A DNA stretch of 64,000 bases, from the NCBI GenBank assembly GCA_023248155.1, contig JAHFFE010000002.1, positions 124,824-188,823 of the forward strand, given 5' to 3'. Below, in pieces: positions 1-9,829 of the stretch; the stretch's first letter is position 1, and each line of letters opens with the position of its first letter. The DNA comes from Candidatus Omnitrophota bacterium. Lineage in GTDB: Bacteria; Omnitrophota; Gorgyraeia; 1-14-0-20-64-10. A program made the position numbers and the translations under genes. The notes below the pieces were generated by a model. It saw nothing but the letters and a program-made list of their open reading frames with translations, ran no database searches and was not told where the DNA came from.

Positions 1-740
1 ACGATCATATCGACCGGTTGTTTGAATCGGCGCATACGCTGATGCTGACGATTCCGCTGACGCGGCAGCAGCTGGCGCAGGCGGTTATCAAAACGCTGCA
101 AGCCAACAAATTGAAAGATGCGTATATCCGCCTGGTGGTCACGCGCGGCCCCGGTGATTTGGGGTTGGACCCTCGTAAATGCAAAAAGGCGACGCTCTTT
201 ATCATTGCCGACAAGATTGTGCTTTATCCGGAAGAAGTTTATCGCGAGGGGATGAAAATCGTGACGGTCCCGACGCCGCGGAACTTGCCGGAGGCGCTCA
301 ATCCGCAGATCAAGTCGTTGAATTACCTCAACAACATTTTGGCGAAGATCGAGGCGATCAACGCCGGCGTGCCCGAAGCGCTGATGCTCAGCGCGCACGG
401 ATATGTGGCCGAATGTACGGGCGACAACATCTTTATCGTCCGTGACGGCGCGCTGCTTACGCCGCCGCCGTATGCCGGACTGCTCAAGGGTATCACGCGC
501 GCCTGCGTGATGGACCTGGCGCGCAAAATGAAGATGCCGGTGCGCGAAGAAATGATGACGCGGCACGATCTTTACAATGCCGACGAATGTTTCCTGACCG
601 GAACTGCCGCCGAGATCGCGCCGATCGTCAAGATCGACGGGCGCGCGATTGCCGATGAGAAGCCGGGCAAATGGACACTCAAGCTGATGCAGGCATTCCA
701 TAAAGCGACCCGCTTGGATGGGGTCCGCTATCGCGTTTAA
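1..740 (+). CDS. ilvE: Branched-chain amino acid aminotransferase (class IV aminotransferase), 5' end outside window
   Basis: ORF 18..740 continues in frame to position 1. Translation matches class IV aminotransferases (..ECTGDNIFIVRDGALLTPP.., ..CFLTGTAAEIAPIVKIDGR..). Confidence 0.75.
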   Translation, partial: DHIDRLFESAHTLMLTIPLTRQQLAQAVIKTLQANKLKDAYIRLVVTRGPGDLGLDPRKCKKATLFIIADKIVLYPEEVYREGMKIVTVPTPRNLPEALNPQIKSLNYLNNILAKIEAINAGVPEALMLSAHGYVAECTGDNIFIVRDGALLTPPPYAGLLKGITRACVMDLARKMKMPVREEMMTRHDLYNADECFLTGTAAEIAPIVKIDGRAIADEKPGKWTLKLMQAFHKATRLDGVRYRV

Positions 741-746
741 TCGGCT

Positions 747-1286
747 GTGATTAAGTGCGATCTCTGCTCCAAGAATGAAGCCGTTTTCCATTTAAGCGAG
801 GTCATTAACGGCAAGAGCAGGGAACTGCATTTGTGCGAGTCCTGCGCGCGCGAAAAAGGCGCCGAGCAGCTGGCGTTAAACGCCCCGCTTATTGACCCCG
901 CCGGAACGGCCGCCGGAAGTTTGGCTTCATTGCTCGCCGGCCTGGCTGATCTGGGCACTAAAACTCCGCCTGGCCAAAAACCGGTCACGCCCAAAATAAC
1001 CTGTTCCGGGTGCGGCATGACCTTCGCGCAGTTCCGCAAGGCAGGCCGGTTTGGCTGCGCGTCCTGTTACGGCGCTTTTTCCCGTTATTTGACGCCGCTG
1101 CTGCGCAGGATTCACGGTGCCGTTCAGTATTCTGGAAAGTCTCCCAATCGCAAAGCCCCGAAAAGAATCTCCGCGAAAGAACGTCTGCTCCGTCTGAAGA
1201 CGGAACTTCAATCGGCGGTCTCAGCCGAGGAGTTTGAAAAAGCTGCCGCTTTGCGCGACAAGATCCGCTTGCTGGAAAAGAAGTAA
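747..1286 (+). CDS. mcsA: Protein-arginine kinase activator McsA (Cys-rich Zn-finger-like repeats plus C-terminal UVR motif)
   Basis: CxxC pairs (CDLCSKN, CESCAREK, CSGCGM, CASCYG). UVR-like C-terminus (EEFEKAAALRDKIRLLEKK). Sits immediately upstream of mcsB. Confidence 0.8.
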   Translation: MIKCDLCSKNEAVFHLSEVINGKSRELHLCESCAREKGAEQLALNAPLIDPAGTAAGSLASLLAGLADLGTKTPPGQKPVTPKITCSGCGMTFAQFRKAGRFGCASCYGAFSRYLTPLLRRIHGAVQYSGKSPNRKAPKRISAKERLLRLKTELQSAVSAEEFEKAAALRDKIRLLEKK

Positions 1287-2341
1287 TGAAACAGCCGCTG
1301 ACATTTGACAGCCTTCTGCATCAAACCGGGGAGTGGCTGCGAAGTACCGGCCCTCATCACACAATTGTTCTTTCGTCGCGCATCCGCCTCGCGCGTAATT
1401 TAAACGGCCAGCCGTTTCCGCATTGGGCCTCTTCGGCCCAGCGCACCAAAATTGTTCGCAAGGTGGTGGCGGCCGTCGGGAAATCCAGTTTTTTGAAAGG
1501 GTCGCTTATTCTGCCGATGAAAAAACTATCGGCGCTGGACAAGCAATTCCTCGTCGAGCGGCATTTGATCAGCCGCGATTTCGCGCAGCCGCCCGATGAA
1601 AAAGCGGTGGTCATCAGCGACCGCGAGATTGTGTCCATCATGATCAACGAAGAAGATCATCTGCGGCTGCAGGTGATGCAGTCAGGGCTCCGTCTCGATG
1701 AAGCCTGGGCGATTTTGCAACGGATTGATCAGGAACTTGAGAAACAACTCGACTACGCGTTTCGCGATGACTGGGGCTATCTGACGGCCTGTCCCACCAA
1801 TGTAGGGACCGGTATGCGCGCATCGTGCATGCTGCATCTGCCATGCCTGGTGATGACGCGGCAAATGGAGCGCGTGCTCAACGCGATTTCCAAACTGGGA
1901 ATGACGGCGCGCGGATTTTACGGCGAGGGGACCGAAGCTTCCGGTAATTTTTATCAGTTATCCAACCAGGTGACGCTCGGTATTTCCGAGACTGACACAA
2001 TCAATCAGTTGGACCGGATTATCCAGAAGGTGGTCGAGCAGGAGGAAGCGGCCCGCAAAGTGCTGCTGAAAAATCACCGTGAAATTCTGGAAGATAAAAT
2101 CTGGCGCGCCTATGGCACGCTGCGCAGCGCCGCGCAGATCAGCTCCGGCGAAGCGGTAAAACTGCTGTCGCTGGTCCGGCTGGGCACCGACATCGGACGG
2201 ATTCCCGTTAAAGACCCGGCGCTGATGAACCGTCTTTTTGTTCAGATTCAGCCGGCCTATCTGCAGAAACTGGAAGGGAAGATTCTCTCTCCGGATGAGC
2301 GCGACAAGCGCCGCGCGCAGCTTCTGCGCGAAGCGTTTTAA
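1286..2341 (+). CDS. mcsB: Protein arginine kinase McsB (ATP:guanido phosphotransferase family)
   Basis: Phosphagen-kinase active-site signature CPTNVGTGMRAS. Length 351 aa. Start overlaps the mcsA stop (ATGA). Confidence 0.85.
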   Translation: MKQPLTFDSLLHQTGEWLRSTGPHHTIVLSSRIRLARNLNGQPFPHWASSAQRTKIVRKVVAAVGKSSFLKGSLILPMKKLSALDKQFLVERHLISRDFAQPPDEKAVVISDREIVSIMINEEDHLRLQVMQSGLRLDEAWAILQRIDQELEKQLDYAFRDDWGYLTACPTNVGTGMRASCMLHLPCLVMTRQMERVLNAISKLGMTARGFYGEGTEASGNFYQLSNQVTLGISETDTINQLDRIIQKVVEQEEAARKVLLKNHREILEDKIWRAYGTLRSAAQISSGEAVKLLSLVRLGTDIGRIPVKDPALMNRLFVQIQPAYLQKLEGKILSPDERDKRRAQLLREAF

Positions 2342-2436
2342 CCACAGCCTCAGATAGTTAGCAATAGAATAACTTAGATAATTTTTCTGCTATTTATCCC
2401 GTCACATAGGTTATACTTCTTTTATAGCACCTACAA

Positions 2437-5400
2437 ATGAATAGTTCACAGCCTAAAACCCAACGGATTTTTCGACCGGCGGAGTTTTTATTTCTCCGCT
2501 TTCTAAGCGCTTTGCTGATTATTAGCATCGCGCTGCCGCCTTCATCTGCTTACGCGCTGCGGTCTCTTTCGGCAGTCGAATCTGGCGCCGAAGAAGAACT
2601 CACCCAATCGTTGAAACCTTCCGCACTTTCGGACAATGGATTGGCCGGTGAAATACGGGAAGAAATTTTAAGAGAAACCGCGTTTCTTCGCGTTGTTAAT
2701 ACGGGAAACAGTCCCTCATGGTTTACGGATATCGAAACGGAATATGTGCGGCAACATCCGGATCAGCGGCCGGCTGATCCGACTCCGCCCTGGATGCATT
2801 TGGTTGAAGGAGCAGACCGCCAGGTGTGGGTTCATCTGCATCTGTTCAGTGATCGTGCCGATCCGAATAGTTTGATGAACGGACTTTTGGTTGAGCTCAG
2901 GGAAGATGCCTCTGATTCGGCGTCGCCCCGTCTTCAGCCGGGTCGTATTCTCATTGAGCCATCTACCCACAGCCAGGTGCGGCGGTTTTTCTTGGATATA
3001 GAAGGTGACCCCGCGAATAATTTGCCGCCAGTTTTTGACGAACTGATTCGCAGCGCACTTCAGCATGAGATTACCGAGATGTTGAACCGGCCGGCTTACG
3101 GATTCCGGAAGTCTTTCACGCGTTTCCAGACAGAAAGAAAAACTTTGTTCGTGATAGCCGCATCCATCAATTCCGATCAACCCGGTTTGTATATGATGCT
3201 TCGGAGAAAGACAGCGGATCGTCCCGGTCCCCAGCTGGAATGGATGGCGCAATCCGGCCCTTATTTTGTTTTCGGAGATCGTCAGCGAGATGTTATTTTT
3301 CGCCGTCTCGACCAGCCGGAAGATCTTCCCGCGAAACGGCAGATTCTGAATCAACTAGGCGAAGGGGCCGGGCAGGAGGAGCGGAAGGAATTTTCTTCAA
3401 GACAGAAGCAATGGGCAAGGGTTGGTCTTGGTCTTTTAGGGGCGCTGGTTATCTCAGTAGGAACCATGGGTGGGTGGCCGTTAGGATTAAAAATTGCTCG
3501 AACCTGGGAACGGTCTCCCGCAGCGCTTTCCAAGAACAAAGATTATAAACATGAGGATCTGCAGAAATTGGCTGAAGATGTCCCGGCACCTTTGATAAAT
3601 GCTCGGCTTCAAGTTCGGCCTGAGGATGAGTCAAAAGTAAGTGGTTGGACACAGTATGGCGCGAAGACCGAAAATCCTTATTTGTTTGATATAGAGATTC
3701 CAGCTGGCCAGGCCAATGCAACAGTCCGAATACAATTGGTTTTACCCGATGGCACTGCGCCTCGTACTCATATTTACGACGGCATTCGAGTTAGTCAGGG
3801 TATGTACTCTATTTACTCAGAGAATGTCCAATGGAATATTGTTGCTGTAGATAAAGATAATAAAACCCGAATTCCAATTTCAGAACAAGCCCTGAATCTG
3901 GCAGAACTTTCATCTGCCGGATATTTTTATTCGGCAGATCATCCGGAATGGGAAAATATCGGTAGTTTTGAACTAGAACTTACAGTTGGAAGACCCCCTT
4001 GGTGGAATGACCTTTCAAAAGCTAGTTCTACGAGAATTATTATAGGATCAGCCAAAGTTGTTCGAACCCTGCAATATCAAAAAGCCCAGACTGCTCAAAG
4101 GGCTTTTCAAATTCTTTTTTCTCTGCTTGGTTTTTCTGCGACCGCGGTTCCGGTATGGTGGCTGTACCGCTCATTGAAAGAGAAAAAACCAGAAGCCGGG
4201 CAGGAGGAGCAGAAGGAGCTTTCTCCGACGCAGAAACGATGGGCGAAGGTTGGGTTTGGATTGCTGGGGCTGACGCTTGTCTCATTGACTACGCTGGGCG
4301 GCGCGGGCGGTGGATTGCAGCTGGCCCGCAACACCGAATATGATCCAGTGGAACGCCGGTCGGTTGTTTCGGCGCCTCCCGGAAAAATTATTGAACCTGT
4401 CGCGGCTATTGCACCCGATCCGACTAACGATACTCGATGGCCGGAGGTAGATGCGTCGCTGGAAGTGGTTCCTTCGGATCGCGAGAAGGTGCGCAATTGG
4501 CGTTTGTTTAGCGAGCCCGATCCCGATCAGCCGCAATTATTTACCGATAAACCAGGCCCGACCGGATTCATAGAAAAGGGCGGCTGGATCAGCGGATACG
4601 ATTTTACGCTGGAAATTCCGGCGGGCCAATCCAGCGTGACGATCCGTACGAAAGCGTCTTTGCCCGATGGAAGTCCTCTCGATTCGCGCGTCTATGGAGA
4701 TCTTTATACCGGTGTTTATCCCGATCCGCAGATGCCCGTTCAAATGTCAGCGGTTTCTTCCGATCAAACGTTCGAGAAAAAATACAGAGCGGCTTATGTG
4801 GCACAGAACACCTTGACTGTTTTGTATATTCAGGAAGACCCTGCGTGGGAACAGGTTCATTCCGTGGAACTGGAGTGGACATTTAATCGCCCTGCCGGGA
4901 GCGATCTGAGCAAGCCGTTTTCCGCGCAAGTGCACATGGATACGCTTCACGCCGCTCGCGACGAAAAATACAAAACAATCCAGGAACGGCGGAGTTGGCG
5001 CAATTTTTCTTACGGACTTGCGGGAGCACTGCTTGGCTTTACGATTTCCGCCGGCGCCGCCTACTGGCTGTACCGCTCATTGAGAGAGAAAAAACCGGAA
5101 GCCGGACAGGAAGAGAAGGTCGTTTCGAATGTTCAATTCCCATCGGGCTTGGAACCGGGCGCGAAAGATGCGATCCATGCCGCGATTTTGGAATTAAACC
5201 GAAGTGTTCAAAGCAATCTCACCCTGGTGAATACCGTCGCAAATTTTCGTGTGCGCTTGAATTCTGCCGTAACAGCGTTTACGCGGCCTTTATCGACGGA
5301 AGAATCCGATTTGCTGAAAACCATTACGCATACGACAAATGCCAATCAACTCCGCCCGGCTGGCGACCGTGACGCATTGTTGCGGTATCTCGAAAACGCT

Positions 5401-8400
5401 TCTGTGGTTCCCTCCGCCGGGCTGGAGGAACGGGGTTCTGTTCCGGTAGCTCGGGGAACGTTAGATGGGCGATTGCTGCGGTTGCCGGCCGGCTGGCTGA
5501 ATTTGAATGGAAAAAGAAAAGTTGTCGTTCAAAGAATAGACCGGGACGAAACGACAGGGCCTCATCTGGAGATTGTTACGCTCGATGAATTTGCTCGACG
5601 GAAAAGACGGGTTCATAGCCATATTCAATTAGGCTTCAGAGGTCTTCCGCATGCGCAGCAACATTTGAAGGCCGCTTTTGATCAGACCTACTATATCGCA
5701 GCGCTTAAAAAGGGCGGGATTGTGGAAATTTCCGAGGAATATCTCGCGCATGCCGGTGTTGTTCCTTCCGGAGACCTGGTGTTGATAGATCCGCCAAACC
5801 ATATAGAATTTTGGAATGCGGAAGCAGCCGCAGCCCGTTTTCAGGCGTTGTCATCCGTTCGCGTTTATGAAAAACCAGCCATCCAGTCTGAGTTGCAAAA
5901 ACTTGTGGCTGTGATGGAGAATCTGCTGGGCGCCCGGAATGACAGAGATGTCGCGGAAGCGCTTTACGACGCGGTGGCAGCTTTGGGCTACAGCGGTTTT
6001 GCGATGTATCTGGTCCGTCCCTCTGCGGGCGGGCAATACGATATCAGGAATGTTTATCGTAATCTTCCTCGCGAATCATCGGCGGCGGATTGGAAGCCGG
6101 CCCAGGATGAGATTGCCTACGCGCTTGCAAGTAACGAACCCGATCTCTTTATTGACCGGCTGGATAATACGGCGGATGTTTTTCCGCATGTCAGCCAGAG
6201 TTTCTTTACCCGGGACGCGAATGAGTATGGCGGCGGCGACAAAAATCGCGTGCGCCAGGTTTATTATCTTGTTGTCCGTGATCCGGTAACGCGTGAACCG
6301 AGAATGTTGATCCATTTAAACCGGTGGGCTGTCAACGAACCGGTTTTCTCGAGGGGCACTGCGGAAGAGCAGCGCCAGTTCCAGACGCACCTGCGCGGCG
6401 TTCTGGAAAGCTTGGGGTATGCCGCCTTGTTGGCCAGAGAGAATGTGCATTCCTATGAGCGGGCCGATATTTTTAACCGCTTGGGCGCGCGAAGAAGCAT
6501 TATTGGTAACCGCCTGCATAACGATGTTAAAAACAGTCTTGTTTTTGTGCCGACATTTATCGAACTTCTTGGCCAGCGGGAAAATCTGATTTTGGAAGAA
6601 ATGACCAATTTAAACCGGAACGTCGCGGAGTTAATGGCCGAAGTGATTGAGACGATGGGACGGGTTGAAAATCCGGGAGTTTCGTCGCAGCAGAATGGTT
6701 CGGCAGCGCCTCCGACGGAGCCGCTCGTTTCCGCAGATGATTTGGCTCTGCTGGAAGCGCTTTTCCATGACCTATCAGCGCAATTGTTAAATGCCGTCCG
6801 CCAGGATATGGATGCCGAAGATATGCGTACACGAATATTGAAACCTGTCCGGGATCGATTCAGCGCCAGTCGCTCCGCCCAGGCGGTTCTGGATCGGTGG
6901 GAACAGCTGGCTTCCACCGCGTCGATGGTGGTGTATGAGTTGCAACAGGAACGGGTAGATTTCCTGCGCAGAATTCCTGTTTTAAGACAACGATTTCTTG
7001 AACTGAAAACCCATGAAGCTCAACTCAGAACTGCCGCCGGCCGGTTGGATAATTTAGAAGCCCAAAAGAAAATCAGCATGATTATTTCGGGGACGATCAG
7101 AGCCCGCCGCTCAATGCTGCGGATATTAGATGAGTTGGAACACGCTTTGAGTGATGATTTGACTGTTTCTGAATTGCCTCCGCCGTATTCGGATCAGGTT
7201 GATCTTGTTTCCGAACTGCGGGAAATTATCGAGACCCGTTCCGGCCTGATGCAGTTGCATTTTTCGTCTGATTTGCCGGCAGCCTTAAGAGTGCCCGATG
7301 CGCGCGGTGATCTCGTATCGGGAATGCTGGGCGAGTTATTGGTGAATGCCTATAAAAACCGGCGGCCGGATGTTCCGTTGGAAGTTTGGGTATCGGTGCA
7401 ATATCAGGAATCAAGCGGAATGATTGATCTTACCGTTCGCGATAACGGCGCCGGAATTCCGTTAGCGAAGCGCGCGCAAATTTTTGAACGCGGAGCAACC
7501 AATGGAACATCGTCAGCCGGTGTTTCTCGCGGGCTGGGTCTGGCGACCAGGGAAGAACTGCAAAAATTGGGCGGCGGCATTGAGCTGGCCGAAAGTGTCC
7601 ATGCCGGTGATGCGAACGCAGCCCAGCCGGGCAGTACCTTCCATTTCTGGCTTCCGACGAATCCCTCCGCCGGCGCTGAGGAAAAAAAATCGGAATATGT
7701 TCTATCAAGAGGGCAGAGAATCACATTGTGGTTTGCATCCGCTACGCTGGGATTTGTGTTAACCGGATTAGGCACTGTGATTGGCGCCGGCGCTGGTTAC
7801 CACGCGGCTGAAACTTACTATCGGGCTGATGAAACCAAAAAACCGGCAGTCAGCCCGCCAGAATCTGATGCTCGCAATTATCCTTGGATGGTTGGCGGCG
7901 GGTTGGCTGGGTTGGTCGGTTCCATCGGGGCAATCCGCAGAGAGATTTCTTCAGGAAGAGACAAGCGTTCCGCTGGACTGGAGGAAAAAATAGTTGTTCG
8001 AGTTAACGACCAGGGGCAGCCTATTTTGAGCAGAGAAGGGTTGGCTGGCCGGATTCCCGGATACGGGAAAACAGTTGTTGTTCAGCCCCCCGCCGAGAGA
8101 TTAGCGGAAATTTCCGCGGTATTATCGGGCAAATTTTCCAACTTGGAAACGCTTCTTGTTCAGGCCTATCAATCCAAGGCGGATCCCATTGATATTTCTG
8201 CCATCAAGCAGGCAATCAGTCAGCTGAATCCGGAGTCACAAGTGTTTCGTCTTTCAGACACAATGAGTTTGGTGCAATTCATCGGATGGGTAGAGTCTTT
8301 GAACATCAGCTATTTTCATCAAATAGGCGTACATCTTTTGTTAAGACAAACTGTTGAAGGAGAGAGAATTTGGGCAAGGTATCAGTTTGGAGGGGCTCAA

Positions 8401-9732
8401 AATTGGGAGCAAATACCATATCTGAACGGGATCATCTATCTGAACCAAGGCACCGTTGATCGTGAACTTCCGTTTGAATGGGCCGGAACTCATCCGGCAA
8501 ACTCGGCGTACGCGCTTATGGATTTAGAGGCTGTCCGCTTATCGGATCAAAAGCAAGCAGAGCGTTATCGACAAGGCGGCTGGTCTGTGCTTGAGAAACA
8601 GTTGTTGATCGATCGCATTTACCTGGCGATGGAGGAGTCCCAAAGACGATTGGCAGAGGAGCGCTCCGCGTTTCTGGAAGAAACCCGGCACGCGCAAGAC
8701 GCGCTCTGGGCGTCTTTTTACCACGGGGTCGATGTGCGTCTTATAAACCAGGCTAATTTGCTCGTTGCCGACGCATTGGTTCGGCCGGATTCCTTGATCG
8801 ATAAAGTTTGGTCGCTCGGAAAAGGAAAATATCAAGTCAGGCAAACCCAAAAAAACCTGGAAGCTCTTTCCGCCAGGGCCGATGCCATTAGCGAACTTGC
8901 CGGCAATATGGGCAGTTTGCGGCAACAGATGAATGAACTTATTTTGGATGGAAAAGATCAGCAGGCATTTTTGATCTTCGCTTTGGATTTTGTGCGGCAG
9001 ATGAGAGCGGTCAATCAAGGGCATTCCAATACTGCCGATCTCTTTACTGCCTATATGTACCAAAAAGCGATTTCTGCTTCTCTGGGGATTCAGGAGCCAA
9101 CGGAAATTCTCATGTCCTTTATGCGTCAGCCATCGCCTGGCCGGGCCGCGTATGAATGGGTAGACCAATTTTACCGAAGAAATTTCTGGACCGACGAAGA
9201 GCGGGTCGCTTTGTTGGAAGGCAAATCCATCGCCGAGGTTTTGGCCGCTTCCGCCGGGGCGGAGGAATTGCAAGCGCGGCAGAGAATGACTGTTCTCGAC
9301 GAGGCGGCGCCGCAGGGGGCCGGTGTTTTGGTGATCGAGGCGCGGGCATTTGCCAACCGCGGCGGGTTGGAAGAATTTATCGGGCGGATTGGGGCATTAA
9401 AAACAAGAATAGTTTTGTTCGGCAGTGACAGCGCTGCTATTAAAGAATTAGCACTGCGCAATGGTGTTTCTGTTGTGGATAGCGACGATCCGGCCGATCT
9501 GGCGTTTCGTTTGGCCGGCATGGAAGAGCGCGCCAACCGGATCGGTTATGTTGGAAATTCAGAAACCGCCGGTCTGCTTGCGCGGATTCTTCCGGCCAGT
9601 ATGGTAGTTATTCCGTTGGGTTCTCCAACCCTCGAAAAAATGATGCTTTTTCTGGGCTATCCCTCCGCGGTGTTAAACAGCATCAATGCGGCCGGTTTTG
9701 AAGAGCAATTAGCCGCCTCTACCGCCGCGTAA
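2437..9732 (+). CDS. Giant (2431 aa) secreted/multi-pass membrane protein with embedded sensor histidine-kinase core (HisKA_2/HWE-like H-box plus HATPase_c); function unknown
   Basis: N-terminal signal-like segment (FLFLRFLSALLIISIALPPSSAYA). At least six hydrophobic helices, each followed by an acidic linker (..EAGQEE.., ..SAGLEEK..). Two homologous ~200-aa inter-TM domains (..LFDIEIPAGQANATVRIQLVLPDG.. and ..DFTLEIPAGQSSVTIRTKASLPDG..). Putative H-box IIGNRLHNDVKNSL near aa 1350. GHKL ATPase motifs near aa 1620-1740 (LGELLVNAYKN.., VRDNGAGIP, GLGLA). AT-rich stretches inside an otherwise GC-rich locus. Confidence 0.7.
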   Translation: MNSSQPKTQRIFRPAEFLFLRFLSALLIISIALPPSSAYALRSLSAVESGAEEELTQSLKPSALSDNGLAGEIREEILRETAFLRVVNTGNSPSWFTDIETEYVRQHPDQRPADPTPPWMHLVEGADRQVWVHLHLFSDRADPNSLMNGLLVELREDASDSASPRLQPGRILIEPSTHSQVRRFFLDIEGDPANNLPPVFDELIRSALQHEITEMLNRPAYGFRKSFTRFQTERKTLFVIAASINSDQPGLYMMLRRKTADRPGPQLEWMAQSGPYFVFGDRQRDVIFRRLDQPEDLPAKRQILNQLGEGAGQEERKEFSSRQKQWARVGLGLLGALVISVGTMGGWPLGLKIARTWERSPAALSKNKDYKHEDLQKLAEDVPAPLINARLQVRPEDESKVSGWTQYGAKTENPYLFDIEIPAGQANATVRIQLVLPDGTAPRTHIYDGIRVSQGMYSIYSENVQWNIVAVDKDNKTRIPISEQALNLAELSSAGYFYSADHPEWENIGSFELELTVGRPPWWNDLSKASSTRIIIGSAKVVRTLQYQKAQTAQRAFQILFSLLGFSATAVPVWWLYRSLKEKKPEAGQEEQKELSPTQKRWAKVGFGLLGLTLVSLTTLGGAGGGLQLARNTEYDPVERRSVVSAPPGKIIEPVAAIAPDPTNDTRWPEVDASLEVVPSDREKVRNWRLFSEPDPDQPQLFTDKPGPTGFIEKGGWISGYDFTLEIPAGQSSVTIRTKASLPDGSPLDSRVYGDLYTGVYPDPQMPVQMSAVSSDQTFEKKYRAAYVAQNTLTVLYIQEDPAWEQVHSVELEWTFNRPAGSDLSKPFSAQVHMDTLHAARDEKYKTIQERRSWRNFSYGLAGALLGFTISAGAAYWLYRSLREKKPEAGQEEKVVSNVQFPSGLEPGAKDAIHAAILELNRSVQSNLTLVNTVANFRVRLNSAVTAFTRPLSTEESDLLKTITHTTNANQLRPAGDRDALLRYLENASVVPSAGLEERGSVPVARGTLDGRLLRLPAGWLNLNGKRKVVVQRIDRDETTGPHLEIVTLDEFARRKRRVHSHIQLGFRGLPHAQQHLKAAFDQTYYIAALKKGGIVEISEEYLAHAGVVPSGDLVLIDPPNHIEFWNAEAAAARFQALSSVRVYEKPAIQSELQKLVAVMENLLGARNDRDVAEALYDAVAALGYSGFAMYLVRPSAGGQYDIRNVYRNLPRESSAADWKPAQDEIAYALASNEPDLFIDRLDNTADVFPHVSQSFFTRDANEYGGGDKNRVRQVYYLVVRDPVTREPRMLIHLNRWAVNEPVFSRGTAEEQRQFQTHLRGVLESLGYAALLARENVHSYERADIFNRLGARRSIIGNRLHNDVKNSLVFVPTFIELLGQRENLILEEMTNLNRNVAELMAEVIETMGRVENPGVSSQQNGSAAPPTEPLVSADDLALLEALFHDLSAQLLNAVRQDMDAEDMRTRILKPVRDRFSASRSAQAVLDRWEQLASTASMVVYELQQERVDFLRRIPVLRQRFLELKTHEAQLRTAAGRLDNLEAQKKISMIISGTIRARRSMLRILDELEHALSDDLTVSELPPPYSDQVDLVSELREIIETRSGLMQLHFSSDLPAALRVPDARGDLVSGMLGELLVNAYKNRRPDVPLEVWVSVQYQESSGMIDLTVRDNGAGIPLAKRAQIFERGATNGTSSAGVSRGLGLATREELQKLGGGIELAESVHAGDANAAQPGSTFHFWLPTNPSAGAEEKKSEYVLSRGQRITLWFASATLGFVLTGLGTVIGAGAGYHAAETYYRADETKKPAVSPPESDARNYPWMVGGGLAGLVGSIGAIRREISSGRDKRSAGLEEKIVVRVNDQGQPILSREGLAGRIPGYGKTVVVQPPAERLAEISAVLSGKFSNLETLLVQAYQSKADPIDISAIKQAISQLNPESQVFRLSDTMSLVQFIGWVESLNISYFHQIGVHLLLRQTVEGERIWARYQFGGAQNWEQIPYLNGIIYLNQGTVDRELPFEWAGTHPANSAYALMDLEAVRLSDQKQAERYRQGGWSVLEKQLLIDRIYLAMEESQRRLAEERSAFLEETRHAQDALWASFYHGVDVRLINQANLLVADALVRPDSLIDKVWSLGKGKYQVRQTQKNLEALSARADAISELAGNMGSLRQQMNELILDGKDQQAFLIFALDFVRQMRAVNQGHSNTADLFTAYMYQKAISASLGIQEPTEILMSFMRQPSPGRAAYEWVDQFYRRNFWTDEERVALLEGKSIAEVLAASAGAEELQARQRMTVLDEAAPQGAGVLVIEARAFANRGGLEEFIGRIGALKTRIVLFGSDSAAIKELALRNGVSVVDSDDPADLAFRLAGMEERANRIGYVGNSETAGLLARILPASMVVIPLGSPTLEKMMLFLGYPSAVLNSINAAGFEEQLAASTAA
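3355..5110 (+). repeat. Intragenic tandem duplication inside the giant CDS, repeated three times at the TM/linker junctions
   Basis: Near-identical DNA at ~3360-3470, ~4143-4330 and ~5040-5110 (e.g. ggctgtaccgctcattgaaagagaaaaaaccagaagccgggcaggaggagcagaagg versus ggctgtaccgctcattgagagagaaaaaaccggaagccggacaggaagagaagg). The encoded units are TM-WLYRSL(K/R)EKKPEAGQEE-..QK.WA(K/R)VG.GLLG-TM. The intervening ~200-aa domains are diverged but clearly homologous. Confidence 0.8.
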
Positions 9733-9829
9733 TTCATTCACCCGTCGTTCCTGCGTATTTCTATAATCTGCAACAAATTTGTTGAAATGAATTTAGCAGC
9801 GTGGTACGCTTCATCCAAAAGGAGTATTC

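Noticed and set aside
9119-9536. Overlapping ORFs 9119..9349 (-), 9156..9428 (+) and 9171..9536 (-) rich in Arg/Pro/Ala
   Set aside because: They are embedded in the giant CDS in other frames and have low-complexity GC-rich composition. They are not credible genes.
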